A stretch of 64,000 bases of DNA from Atractiella rhizophila. Taxonomy: Eukaryota. The notes under the pieces were generated by a model. It was not told where the DNA came from, did no database searches, and was given only the letters and a program-made list of their open reading frames with translations. The stretch lies in the NCBI GenBank assembly GCA_021432655.1, contig MU271270.1, forward strand, positions 1-64,000. Direction: 5' to 3'. This document shows positions 1-13,000 of this stretch, piece by piece (the first letter of the stretch is position 1; every line of letters starts with the position of its first letter). Both the position numbers and the translations under genes were made by a program.

Positions 1-1416
1 GGAAAGGCGTTCAAGAATGGTTGGATTCAAAAGGCCGGACAGGGATTCACAAAGAAAGTGCGTTGTTCAACCCTCGACCAAGGATGATTCAGAGCATTCA
101 GAGCAGGTTGAATCGGTCGTTGACGAGACTGAGGAACATATGCTGGCGATTAAAGGAGGAAAGGCTTTAGACGCCAAGGTTATGGCTGATTATCGAAAAC
201 GGAAGCTTTGCGAGAAGAAGTTCGGCGTTTTTTCTTCCCACCGCTATTGACCGCTGATCGATAGGGCAGGAAGCTGTTACATTTTGGGATCAAGAAGGGA
301 GAGAAGTTTTCTACAACTATAGAAGCCTTAGAAACCGATGTTACAATGGAGCTATTGGCATCGTGAGTCCCCTTTCTCTAAAGATCGCAACATGTAAGTT
401 GAGACGATATTGTTTCAGTGGAGCATGGAAGACAGCAAATTTCAAAAAGTTCAACTTCGAAGCTGAAGGCGTTGTTCCGGCGTCAGGAGCTCTTCATCCC
501 CTAATGAAAGTACGAGAAGAATTCCGGAACATTTTTTTCGAGATGGGGTGAGTGGCCTCCTAATGTATCCGCTCTGATGCTTACATCGTCTAGTTTCCAA
601 GAGATGCCGACCAACAGATTTGTCGAATCTGCCTTCTGGTGCTTCGATACCCTCTTCGTGCCCCAACAACACCCAGCACGAGAAGCTCAAGACACCTTCT
701 ACGTGTCCTCCCCTTCTGCAGCAACGGACGACGGCCTTCCCGTTGAGTACTTGAAGCGTGTGAAAGAGGTGCACGAAGTGGGTGGGTATGGTTCAATTGG
801 CTACCGTGCACCTTTTTCCATTGAAGAAACCAAACGACTCGTTCTCCGAACTCATACAACCGCCATCTCGAGTAGGATGCTTTACGAGCTTGCGAATCAA
901 CCAGGAGGTTTCAAGCCGGCAAAAATGTTCAGTATCGATCGTGTGTTCCGGAATGAGGCTGTTGACGCGACGCATCTTGCGGAGTTTCATCAGATCGAAG
1001 GAGTCGTTGCTGATTACAATCTCACGCTTGGAGACCTCATAGGTACGCAGGTCTTACACTTTCGCTAGCTAGTGCTGACATATCTTTTGTAAGGTTTCAT
1101 GGAAGTTTTCTTCGCAAAGATGGGCGTGACGGACTTACGATTCAAAATGACCTACAACCCGTACACAGAGCCATCGATGGAGATGTACTCATACCACCAA
1201 GGTTTGAAAAAATGGGTCGAGATTGGAAACTCTGGTGTCTTCCGACCAGAAATGTTGGAACCCATGGGATTCCCTCCAGGGGTTCGGGTGCACGGTTGGG
1301 GGTTGAGTTTGGAGCGACCCACCATGATTCGTTATGGGATCAGCAATATCAGGGAACTTTTAGGTCACAAAGTCGACCTTGAGAACGTGGGGAAAGCCGA
1401 GGCTGTCAGATTCTAG
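1..1416 (+). CDS. FRS2: Cytoplasmic phenylalanyl-tRNA synthetase alpha subunit, 3' part, multi-exon, 5'-truncated by the window
   Basis: Motifs [76 protein letters not shown] and [12 protein letters not shown], joined by ~50 nt GT-AG introns; stop at 1416. Confidence 0.96.
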
Positions 1417-1617
1417 TTTGTTTAATGCTACCGAAAGCGAATGATGCATGTAATATTACAGAACGCAATGATACCGTGTTTTGTACATCATCTCAACCCG
1501 TCATGAATATAAAATGAAGATTGCGATGCGTTACCAATCATGTCCATTCTTGAAGAGCCTTCTAGGTATGGGTTGCACTGAACTGACACACAGTTTGAAC
1601 GTCACAAACAAAAACAT

Positions 1618-2521
1618 TCATACGGCATGATAACTCCCGTGGAAGCTCATGTATCGGTCTGGCTTATCCTCTCCCGGTCGATCGACGTCGTAGGGCTCTG
1701 AAAGAGGCTCCGCAACGTATGTCATGCTCGAACCAGACGCTCGACTTGACTTTGACGAATGCAGAACTTCTTCGTCCATGAGGGGGACTGATTCTAGAGC
1801 AAAGCCACTCTTTGAGGGTCCAGTGTCCTGGTGCCAAGGATCGACGTAGGTCTGATATGTTGGAAAAGCTGGTGCATGAGGTGTGGAAGGAGTAGGAGTG
1901 ATGAGTTGAATAACGGGATGTCGGAAATCTCGTTGATCGTCTTCAAGAGTTGATCGTCGTAGCGAGTGTGCGTCAGTCGTAGATAAGGAGTTTTGGGCGA
2001 CAGGTATTGGATGAGAGCCCCGAGTGGTGCGCGTCGTCCCCGAGCGGATCGAACGAGATATGTACAGTCGGGCATTGGTCAAATAACGGTAAGACATAGG
2101 ACTGCCAGATCGAGAGTTGCTGGTCTGCCGTATTGGAGGTGGAAGGTCGAGTGGCGCCTCGACAGATACTCGTTCGTACTTTTGTTCTGTGGAAGGCAGA
2201 TTGGCACGGGCGGCAGCGAGAGATGCCTTTACTCGTCGGTATCGCGAGAGGAGGATGATTAACGCGATCAATGTGACAGACAGGGAAAGTCCAACGGCTG
2301 TAAATCCTCAAAATCAGATAGACCCAACAGGTATGAGATTACACACCAATACCAACAGCTGTTCCTGTCCCGAAGCCTTTTGAGCCAGAACTTGACGCAG
2401 TGTCCGTCTGAAGATTTGGATCTCGAGGGCTTAGGGGGCGTGAGCTAGATCAAAACAGTCTTGGTCAAAAGAACAAGTGCAATGAAAGTGCTCACTTGAA
2501 AGAAGACGTAGTCGCGACCAT
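1618..2521 (-). CDS. Hypothetical single-pass membrane protein with Ser/Pro-rich cytoplasmic tail
   Basis: Spliced model MVATTSSF/.../GTAVGI/AVGLSLSVTLIALIILLSRYRR (hydrophobic helix followed by basic residues) continuing into ORF 1618..2271. Confidence 0.6.
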
Positions 2522-3348
2522 ATGGGATGGAGCAATGCGAACACTTGAAAACCGCCGTCAGTCAATCGTTGGCTTTTACTATCGACTTATTTCGACTCTT
2601 TTCTGAGGTTTCGAAGCCCACAGTGAGTTGAAGCTGTACAGCTGTTGTAGCGCGGAGAAGCGGAAAGACCGCGGCAGCTCCATAGTACGAAGGATCAGCG
2701 CCACGGTAAAGAACAGACGTTGTGATGAGTATGCCCCGAAGTCCGAATTGAAACTTCCGGGCAAAAAATAAATAACTGCCAGATGATGACAACATTACCC
2801 AAGCAAGTGGCAAACCACATTGATGGACAAGGGCAACATGGGACCATTTGAGAAATGCTGCAACCGGCCGACATCTCGCGTCAGATTGCAGAGAGTCAAA
2901 CTACTCTTGTATGAGCATTGTGAAAATGTTGACAGTCATTAACCTCAATCAATTGCTTGAGTTAGTACATCGACTAACTGCGGTTGATACAAGAAATGAC
3001 CAGAGGATATCAATGACTTCAGTATTCACTATTCGACGTTAACTTAGTGAAGTCAGTCAGCCCCTACAAGTCCACTCCGGTTCTTCAAAATCCGTGGCTT
3101 TTGCCGCCGTCGAATTTACATTAAGGGAACGAGGCTCCTTAGAAATTAATAGGAAGGTAGTTTATTGATCAGAGAATGAGACAGCCACAAAGGATGGCAG
3201 CAAGGGAGAGCTCCACCAAGGACGTTCTGGGAGTTTTAAGTAAATGAATTGAAATCATGAAGTGGAGAGTAGAGTGGAGCTTGCAGCTTAAAAAGCAGAA
3301 AACAGCCCACAACCAGCTGGCAATCATAGGATAACCAAGCTTGAAGAA

Positions 3349-4992
3349 ATGGCAGGAAAGACGGATATGCTCTATGTGAATTTGGGTAACTCTGGACTGA
3401 AGTAAGTGACGCGATTTGCTGTTGATCAAAATAATAACATCGCTTTTACTTAGGATTAGCAAGATAATACTAGGGTGTATGTCATACGGAAGCCCGAACT
3501 TCTTCCCATGGGTATATTAACCCACTACAAAACGCATTATTAAAAGGATGTACAGCTCTTGTCCGAAGAGGTCGGAATCGAGCATATCGGAGAAGCATAC
3601 AAGCTTGGAATCAACACATTCGACACAGCAGATGTCTATTCTTCAGGAATCTCTGAACAAATCCTAGGTCGAGCGCTCAAGATGCACAACATCCCACGTG
3701 AAAAGGTGGTGATTATGACAAAGGCAATGCTATCTGCTCCATTCCTCACATCCTGGAATAATGTTGGATGTAGTTCTCGGGAATAGTTTCTCGTAACCCG
3801 GGAGAGATCATCTACCCACATCCACGATTGGACCAAGACGGTTACGTGAACCAATACGGCGCGAGCAGGAAACATATCTTTGATGCTGTCCAAGCCAGTT
3901 TGAAGAGGTTACAGGTGGACTACATCGACGTTTATCAGAGCAGGTTTCCATCCCGCGGGCCAGCAGAAATCTGACGAGGCATCAACAGTGCATCGATTTG
4001 ACCCAAACACACCAATCGCTGAGACTGTAACTCTGCCAATACCTTGAAGTGCTTTTCTAACGGACACCCATTCAGATGACCGCGCTGCACGATATTGTCA
4101 AAGGTTCGTGACAGCAGTTCCAAATGAAAATACAGCTAATTTCTCGCTGCAGCGGGTTATGTCAGGTGCGTTTACTCTCCTCCATTATGAGGAGAGTAGT
4201 ATTAAATGTTTTTGCAGGTACATCGGGATGTCCTCTTGCTGGGCATATCAATTCCATCTCATGCAAAATTATGCCATCACGCACAAGTGCGTTCTTTCTC
4301 TTTCCCAAATCATGATTGACCCTGGTTTATGTAGCCTGACGCCTTTCATTTCTATGCAAAATCACTACTCGGCTGTATACAGGTGTGGATTTTATCATCA
4401 ATGTGAAAGGTCAATCCAACTCACAAACCTACGCAGGGAAGAAGAGAGAGAGATGATGCTTCTATTGGAGCACTTTGGGGTTGGCTCAATCCCCTGGTCT
4501 CCGCTCGGACGAGGTGGGTTTGATTTTCGATCAAGGTGTGAGACAGTGTATCAACGACTTCGGAGCAGGCGTTCTTTGCCGTCCATGGTCGGAATCCAGT
4601 GATCGGAGCGGAAAAGACCAATTTCAGGCCATTATGAAAGCAACAAGCAAAGGCGGGGACGAAGGAATCGTGAAGGCTGTAGAAGAGATCGCCAAAGAAC
4701 GGAACTTGACCATGGCCCAAGTTGCTTTCGCTTGGGTTGCTAATAAGAAAGGAGTTTCAGCGCCGATTGTAGGGACCACGAAGATTGAAAGCTTGAGAGA
4801 ACTGGCGAAGGCAGTTCATATCAAGCTGACTGAGGTTCGTAGCCTTGATCTGTCGGTTCTGAGCGGCTGATGAAAGAATTGGACAGGATGAAATAAAGAG
4901 GTATGATCAAATAGTTTGGGAACACTGAAATTGACGCTGCTAGCCACAGAATCGAGGCGCCTTATGTCACCAGGCCAATCTCGGGGCACTGA
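3349..4992 (+). CDS. Aldo-keto reductase (aryl-alcohol dehydrogenase-like), about 11 introns
   Basis: Spliced translation MAGKTDMLYVNLGNSGLK/ISKIILGCMSYG ... GINTFDTADVYSSGISEQILG ... SLKRLQVDYID ... YIGMSSCWAYQF ... MQNHYS ... IPWSPLGRG ... APIVGTTKIESL. Confidence 0.93.
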
Positions 4993-5576
4993 AATGGAAA
5001 ACGAACCTGGCAAGCTGTGATCGGGGCGTGCCACCAATCACTCATGCACGATCTCAAGTTGCTTCTCAATAAAAATATTTTCCAGTCAAGAATTGTGAGA
5101 AATGCAATGAACGTGAACAGAACAATGAACGCATGAATGCACGAAGGAGAGATGCGAAGCTGACTCAACACTCACCATAGGTCCCTTGCTTAGTTTTCCC
5201 GACTTCAGAACACTAACTCTGCCCTCCTTTCAACAACTTCGTCCCTGTTGAGCTGAAGTCCTGTATCGTCGTTCTCGTTCTCCTTCACTTCACTTGAATG
5301 CAGTCTGAAACCCTGACCCTAAAAGACACCATCTGATATTCTGATTCTGACATCGCGTAAATCCACGCATCAAAGTAATAGCGGAAGTAGCTCATGATTT
5401 CTTTCGGAATGCATTCGCTCATGTTGCTTTCACGTCAACACGCAATCATAATTACCAGCACCATATAATCATACCTAAACCAACCCTCGTCAGTGTGATC
5501 AGTCACGTAGCCGTGCGCCGTTCCATGCTTCGATGGCACCTAGCTAGCATGCCCGCGAGTCTGCTCCCTCCGCGCT

Positions 5577-5588
5577 CATAAATAAAAG
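5577..5588 (+). promoter_or_regulatory. Possible TATA-like element in the long region upstream of the bHLH gene
   Basis: CATAAATAAAAG followed by a pyrimidine-rich tract and a possible splice donor near 5668. Confidence 0.3.
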
Positions 5589-7863
5589 GGCTTCGTCCAC
5601 CCATCTCTTCCCAGCCTGCTCTGCTCAGCTTCCCTCTGCGAATCGTCCCCAGCTGTCATTGCCTCAGGTGACCTCGGTGGAAACGATCTTTTGTGCTTTC
5701 GGTATCCGCCATTCTAGCTGCCGTTAGCACATCCTTCATCCCTCTCTGCTCGCGCCTCGCCATTCCAAACTGTAACTTGTGATATCACGGAAAGGGAAGA
5801 ATCTATCTAGGATGGAAGCCGTCAATCACTACTTGGACCTGACACCCATGGGCATTTGTCATTCTCTGTGCGTCGGAGAGCGAGGTAGGAACTAGCCCAC
5901 ACTTCGAAGGGGGAATTGTTTCAGACCCGTAGATTTCGCCCTGTCCTCCTCCTCATCGTTCGATTGATGCGGGCCGGATAGCTCGGGGAAGTGCTGGGAT
6001 CGATGCACAGTCCTTGGTGTTGGTGACGGCAGTCCATTGCCAACAACAGGCACAGTCTCTTCGAGATGTCACAGTCGAATCTGTTTGTACTCTTCACTAC
6101 TTACCCCGCTGCAAGATTTGATGAAGATGAAGCAAGATCCTTCCATCAACTGATCGCGCAACGCGAAACAGCAGCGAGGTTCTTGGACTCACTCATTGTC
6201 CCCGCCCTCGCGTTCTCGTGCTCCCGATTCGTCCTTCTGCTCTTACATAAATGTCCTCTCCTTGTGTCCTTAACACGAAGGGAGCAAGAAAAAGCGGGGC
6301 TCTAATCGATTTGCTGATACGGACCGTTTCTGATCCCTCTCCTGTTCCTTCCTTCAGCTTCCTTTCTGCTGATTGGTGATGTGATGCGGGACGACAGGAA
6401 CAACCAGCAACCGCGACGAAGCTGACGTGAAGGGCCGGTTGTCGTCCTCAGAAATGTCGAAGCGACCACGAATGCCTGCGCGCCGCCGGATCGCGTCCGT
6501 AACGAAGAACAGAGACGTGTCGACAGGCGATGTCCTTGACTCTCCTTCGTCTTGGATTGGAGATTGAGAGTGATTGGCTCCTCAGCTCGGAAAGCTCAAA
6601 CGCAAATCTGGCATTGATAGAGCCAATTAATATCCGATGTATCGGTTTCGGACCCGCTTTTTTTAGTGCAACGCTAATGGAAGCAATTAAACAACCCTGT
6701 TCTCCCATCGGCTGCAAGCCTGCCTCCCTTTGGTTGAATGCTGAGTGCTGGCATTGCAGTAACAACACAACTGTAGCGCCAGGAGAAACAGAGAGATGTT
6801 GAAGTGTAATGACCACACAATTTGGGAATTTGGGTGGTGGCCACAAACATTAATAAGACAACTTCTATACCCAGGATTAAGGTTTGCCCATTCGGCTGGG
6901 TTGAGGTTAACGTTCTGGTGTCCGCCGATCGCATTCAAGCCGGGAGAATTGAAGTCCGGAGCCGGAGTGAGCTCTTATTAGGGAGGGACACTTCAACTTT
7001 CTTCTTCCCCCCATCAGCCTGCTTTGGATGTCAGAGTGATCTCTGGTCGCCCCTCCCCCTCCGCCTCTTCTATCCGCCTTCCCTCGTCATAGGTGCCGCT
7101 TGAGTTTTGTATGTCCTTACTCTCAGCTGCAGGAAAATGTTGACTAGGACGGTGGCCAATTCCTAGACTCGCGAGCCTCCCTGACATTCAGCTATTACCG
7201 CCATTTTCCTCGCTTAACCAGCCTGTTTTACAGCCTATACCAGCCTTTGCCAGCTTTCGTCAAGCTATTAACAAGCCTTTAGCCCTTAGCGACCCCTTGT
7301 CGATTTCGGATTTCCATCCTGCTCTTGGAAACAAGAAACGACCCAGGCGATTATATCCTCGACTCCCCATACCAGAGCTCTCAGGGTACTTCCAACATCC
7401 TAGGCGCACCTCGTCAGTGATTAGTCGCTGGTTTGAGTAGTTTGCACCGAAGAAAGAGGAGTATTCTTCAAAACCTTCGGCCACTTCTTTGTGTCATCAA
7501 CCTTGTCGATTTCCTTAACCGTTGAGGAGTGCAGTATTTCTCTCGCAGTCGAGAGAAGAGAAGAGATTGTTGATAATTCTTTGTGAAAATCCAGGTGAGT
7601 TGCCTCCTTGACTCAGCAGGTTGGGCGAGGTGGGGATGGTTTGGTGGTCGGTCCTAATCGGGTTGTTCTACAGCATTCCGATTCATCAACGCTCAGCACT
7701 CCATCCGTCGTCTTTTCGCCTCTCAATCAGTCCCGAGAAGAAGAGTTCATAATCCTCGTACTTTCATTCGCAGCGTCCCGAAAACCGATCGCCACATCAT
7801 TTCGTACCAATTGTCCCTTCCGAACCAGTTTTTCCCAATCGAGAAAATAATCATTTAGCAAAG

Positions 7864-9301
7864 ATGACGATTCCTCATCCAGAGTACTACGCCAATTCTA
7901 CATCAATCATCTCCGGAGCCACGTTCTCCAGTTCCGACCCTCCCGCTTCCTCTCCCTCAGAAACCGATTCGAATTCGCCCAACAATGGCTCCAACTTAAA
8001 CGACTCAGGACTCTTTGGAGCCATGGACTTGTCAGGAAACGGGGCGATTGGGGAAGATGGTTTGGACCCCAAGAGTGGCAAAGTGAAGAAGAGCAGTTTG
8101 AGCTCGGCAGAGAGGAGGGCAACCCATAACGCCATTGAGAGAGCGAGGAGGGAGTCATTGAACGGTCGATTTATGGTTCGTCTTTCTTCCGTCTCATCCT
8201 TATCTTATGTCGGTCGGTGTTGAACTTTTTTTTTTCCGGGGGCTCGGTCAGGCTTTGGCAGAAGCTTTACCTTCGATGGCGCACGTGAAACGACCATCCA
8301 AGTCCATCATCGTCAACAAATCCCTGGAATACATCAACGAGTCGATGATGCGAGAGCGATACCTCGCCAAGGAGAACCTCGACCTTCGTCGTGAGGTTGA
8401 CGAGCTCCGCCAACGACTAGGAATGCCGACGCTTCCTCCTCCACCGCCTCACATCGTGTCCGCCCTCACCCACTCCCAACAAGTCCAGCCTCGTTCTCCG
8501 AACCTTACAGGTGCAATTATCGCACCATCGCCTCCCATCATCGTTCCTGGCCAGATTGCAGTCCCGACTCCTTCTGGAGGCGTTTCAGCCGCTGAATTCG
8601 CCGCAGCCGTCCAAGCTCAGAATCAAGCTGCAGTGCAAGCTGGATACGGTCGTCAAATTCCGACTCTTCTCGCGCAAAGAGGACAGAACATCCATTTTGG
8701 AATCCCTGCCGGTCCTGGCCTCTTCCATGATCCTGCTCATGGACTGACAACTGCTGCGTTGCTCTCCCCTGCTGGATTCCATCCCCATCCTCAAGGACAC
8801 CCGTTCGAGAACCCAGCCGCGGCTCAGCTCTATTCAGCCACTGGTCAATTGTTCGGCGCTGGACCCATGTTGAGTGCCCCGGCTCAGTCAGCTGCACACG
8901 GCAATTCCTTCGACGCTTCATTCGCGGGTGTGCACATCAAGTCGGAATCGGATGATGAGAAGAGCAAGGAGATGAAGAAGCCGCCTTCGACTTCTGGATC
9001 GGAAAGCCTCAAGTCGCCCAACACCTCAAGCACTCCTGAATCCGCCTCGTTCATTTCTGCCTCCCCTCCCGTCTCCGTCGCTCAGCAGCAGCAGCAAATT
9101 GCCGCGAGCTTGGGCATCGATTTTGCGGCCGCTAATCACGCTGGTCTTTGGGCAGTGAAGCCGCAAAATGGTGACGATGTTCTTGCTTCGTCTGTCTCTT
9201 CGGAAGGAAGCAGGAGAGGGTCGATCGCGCAGCAGGCTCAACCTAATTGGTATAATATGAGTCTGGATGCGAACAATAGTGCTTATGGTCTCTTCGCTTG
9301 A
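7864..9301 (+). CDS. bHLH(-zipper) transcription factor
   Basis: ERRATHNAIERARRESLNGRFM/ALAEALPSMAHVKRPSKSIIVNKSLEYI followed by LAKENLDLRREVDELRQRL; one intron at about 8176-8250. Confidence 0.92.
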
Positions 9302-10073
9302 TTCGTTTCCTTCGATCTTCTTGATGTACTCGTCCTCTTCTCAATCTGGTTCGGTTCGGTACGATATGCGACATGCGACATGCTATGCGGTGATCTTTCA
9401 GTATGAGAAGCCTTTATTTCATCCTGGCTTCAAATTGCTCCTCTTTTCTTCAGATTGATGTTTAAAGGCTTCGGTGAAGATAATAAGTGTCGGACATCTG
9501 TAAAGTTTGGTCTGCTCTTTCGTATCTTCTCACTTCCGTCGGTAGCGTTCTGGTTCCCATTATTAACTCTTATTATCGACTTGATTACCTCTTCTCGCTT
9601 CACTAAAAGAGGATGCTCTTCTCAGGTTACCCTTCTCAACCCAGGAATAAATCTTCAACGGCTTGCTTTTCATCGTTCCTTTACCCGAAACCTTTTATCC
9701 TCCAATGTCTTATATTGATCTGTCGCTGTGTCTATCTTCACCTCCAACTGGTGAGGTTGTTATCCAACGTCCAACTTTGGCGTTTCTCGACTCTCATTCC
9801 CCTACCGTTCTCTAATTTGTTATTTGGAACTGCTCCTCGTTGTCGGATGTCGTGTGTAAAATTTCTGCATAATCAATAAACATACATAAACATTACTTTG
9901 GAGCGGATCCTTGTTGAGTAGAGTGACCCGAGAGGGCGACGGAGCATGAACATGAGGATGACATTGGCATCAAAGATTGAGAACTTGAAAGGAACGACGC
10001 GATTGACAACTTCAACTGAACGATTTGCAGCAGGTAAATGAACACATTTTGAGGTCTGGTGACCTTTCCTTTC

Positions 10074-13000
10074 TCAAGCAGACAATACAGTGGAGATGAA
10101 AAACTTGACCGAATCTGGCAGACTTTGAAAGGCGGCGGTTGGGTCTTGAAATTTGGTGATGTAAGTCCGTAAGCCCTGAGCGATGGAATCACGGTAGAGT
10201 GCTGGAAGGGCAGGATTGTGGTAGGCGAGGTAGAGGCTGTTGACGATGTGGAGCCCAGTAGTCGGTGACGCTTGAGGGTCTACAGTTGGGTGTTCCCTGT
10301 TGCAGCAGTTTAGGAGTTTGGGTGGGAGCAACCGTGGGAACTCACCGAATGATTAGTTCCAACAAGAGTCCCCAGACAGCATCCATCTCGTCGCTATCTT
10401 GCTCGATGGGTAGTGCGAGTACCCAAGCAGCAATAGTTTTGTTGTCGCTCGGATCGACAATGCCTTGACGAATGAGTTTTGCAACTATACAACAAGAACA
10501 GTCAGTACATCACAATAAGTCGAGGAGGCTGGACGGACGAGCGGATACAGCATTATCCCTTGCGAGAACGTCAAATTCACTAGTGGGAGGCAGAGATACG
10601 GTCTGAAGTAAAACTGGTATCGTACCTGTGGACATTGTTAGCATTTGGCCTACACAACGGACACACCTACTCTCAGCGACTGGACGAAAGGGATCACCTC
10701 CAAATGCAGCCATCATTCCAATGCCGTACGAGCAGACCCTTCTTGTGAAAGGTTCTTTAAACTTCACTATCAGTAATGCGTGTAAAATCTAAACTAACGC
10801 ACCAGAATCTTGTATGCCAGCCAGAAGAAGAGGTAGATATTCAGAAATTGCAGAGAAACATGCTGGGCCGGTAAATTCGATGAGATCGCACATCAGTCGG
10901 AGAGCGAAGAGCCTGAGATAAGGCTCCTCTCGAGTTGCCAGAGTGAGGTTCGTCAGGAATTCGTCTAACTTAAACCCATCGGGTTGATAACGCAACAGCT
11001 CTCGCAAACATCGATTGAGCTCATAAGCAACCATGAATTCGCTAGGTTGACCATCTTCTGCTGATTTGGGGCAGCCTTCTGCTTGCAGCTCAACCCGCTC
11101 GAGATCCGCTCGAATGATCACCTCCTTCAGTTGAACCTTCAGCGCTTTCGACATAAGTTCGACTTGCGAGGTGGAGATGGCGTGGGGGAATGCCAGAAAC
11201 GATGCCAACCAAGCTTGGAGCAGCTCCACGAGGATCGCAGGGTCGTTTTCGATTTGAATCAAATCGGCCAGACCCTTGAATAGACGGTTGATGTAATTCA
11301 CTTGAAAGTTATCGACCTCTGAATTTTCGTCTTTATAGCCTGAAAACCGTGTCAAATTCCGACAAAGGAGGTTCAGTCGTATGCTCACCGGCTACAAGGA
11401 TTGGAATCATTTGTATGGAGGCCAGGCGGATCCCTTCATCGACTAAGAAAATGCAGAATGAGTGAGGTCCCATTGTCAGCGAAACAGCACATACAATAAA
11501 ACTTCAACAACGGAACACAGATGTCGACCAACTGATCCAACCACGGCTGCATCCCATTGCCCACTACTGCGCCGATAGTTTTCAACGTGTCTAATGCATG
11601 GCTTTTTGCCTCGAGGTGTGTGGTTTGTACTCCAACCTACACAGATGTCTTAGGAGCCTCCTAAACAAGAGATGGCATACCTGTTGTCCTTGAACATCGA
11701 GGTAAATCCATCCTTCTTCTTCTTCGGTTTCATCCGCCTCGTCTTTGGCTGTTAAGGAGACGTCTGGTCGAACAGCAGCGTTCTCTAGGAGAATAGGAAG
11801 GAGCTGGGGTAGATATGGTTTGAAGTTATGAGCACCGAGCGCCTGTGCCAGTTGTCCGAAGGAAGTGAGGACGATTCGGAGGGTCTCCGTTTCCTCTTCG
11901 GTATGGTGAAGATTTTCTGTATCCCAATTCAGATACAAGAAGAGGAAGCAGGGCCGAGAAGCTTACGCAGAAGGTCTAATAGGGAATGGCCCATCTGCTC
12001 CACTGAGCTTTGATGAGCTGTGCTAATGTCACAGCATGCAGCTGCTTCCATATTCAGTTTCAAACCAACACAGAGTCAAAACACAGACCGATACAGGTAG
12101 CCGTCTGAAGGGCCTTCGCTTTCATGTGCAAATTTTGATGCTTGTCTTCTACCACGGCGAATAATAAAGGTGCAAGAGCGGGGTAGAAGTCCCTGAAGGC
12201 TGGACCTGCAACTTCGGCCATAGAGCTGATGACATTCAGAGCTGCCTCTTGCAGGTATTCGTCGCCAGTATTGAATGCGTTGACGAGGTGCTGTAAAAGG
12301 CCACCAAGGAAAGGACCGAGGATTTCAGGTGTCGCTGATTCGATAAAGTTGACCAGAGCAGAAAGAGAGTACCTTTTGATTCTGCGACGATAGTCAATGA
12401 CACGTACGCGAGAAACAGACGACAGACCGATGTGACGATGTTTTATATACCGCAACCAATGCATTCAATACTGGTTCGGCAAACGATTGTTGCACTTTTC
12501 CCTAAAAGAGACTCTTTAGTCTAGCGATGCAAAATCTGGGCAATGCTTACTGGAAGGTCAGAGCAAAGCTCAGCGAGAGCATAAATAGCTCCATGTCGTA
12601 CTCTCACATTTTCATCATCCAACATGGGGAGCACAAGTCCCATAATTTTATCCAAATTCTTGCTCATCTCTCCTCCACATCCATCCGCCATAGCGCCGAT
12701 TGCTCCCAAAGCCGCCAATCGTTTCTTCCATATTGGATGCTCTCCTTCTTTCTCCTCATGCGTCGTAAGCATCTCGCCAACGAAAGGGAAGGAAACCTCA
12801 GCCGCGACTTTTCCAAAGGAAACTGCCAGCCGATCGAGTGCCGTCTCTGCGACGAAACCGATGTGCTCCGCTTCTTCTCCTTCTTCAGCCAGGTCCCATT
12901 CCTGAAAGTCGATGTTTGGAATTTCGGACGCTACTCTAAAGACGCGACCAATGACAGTGCGCAACCACTCTTTCCCAGGAAGATTATCCTCCTCTACCAA

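Noticed and set aside
5305..5325. CCCTGACCCTAA telomere-like or telomerase-template-like word
   Set aside because: Single imperfect short match with no supporting structure
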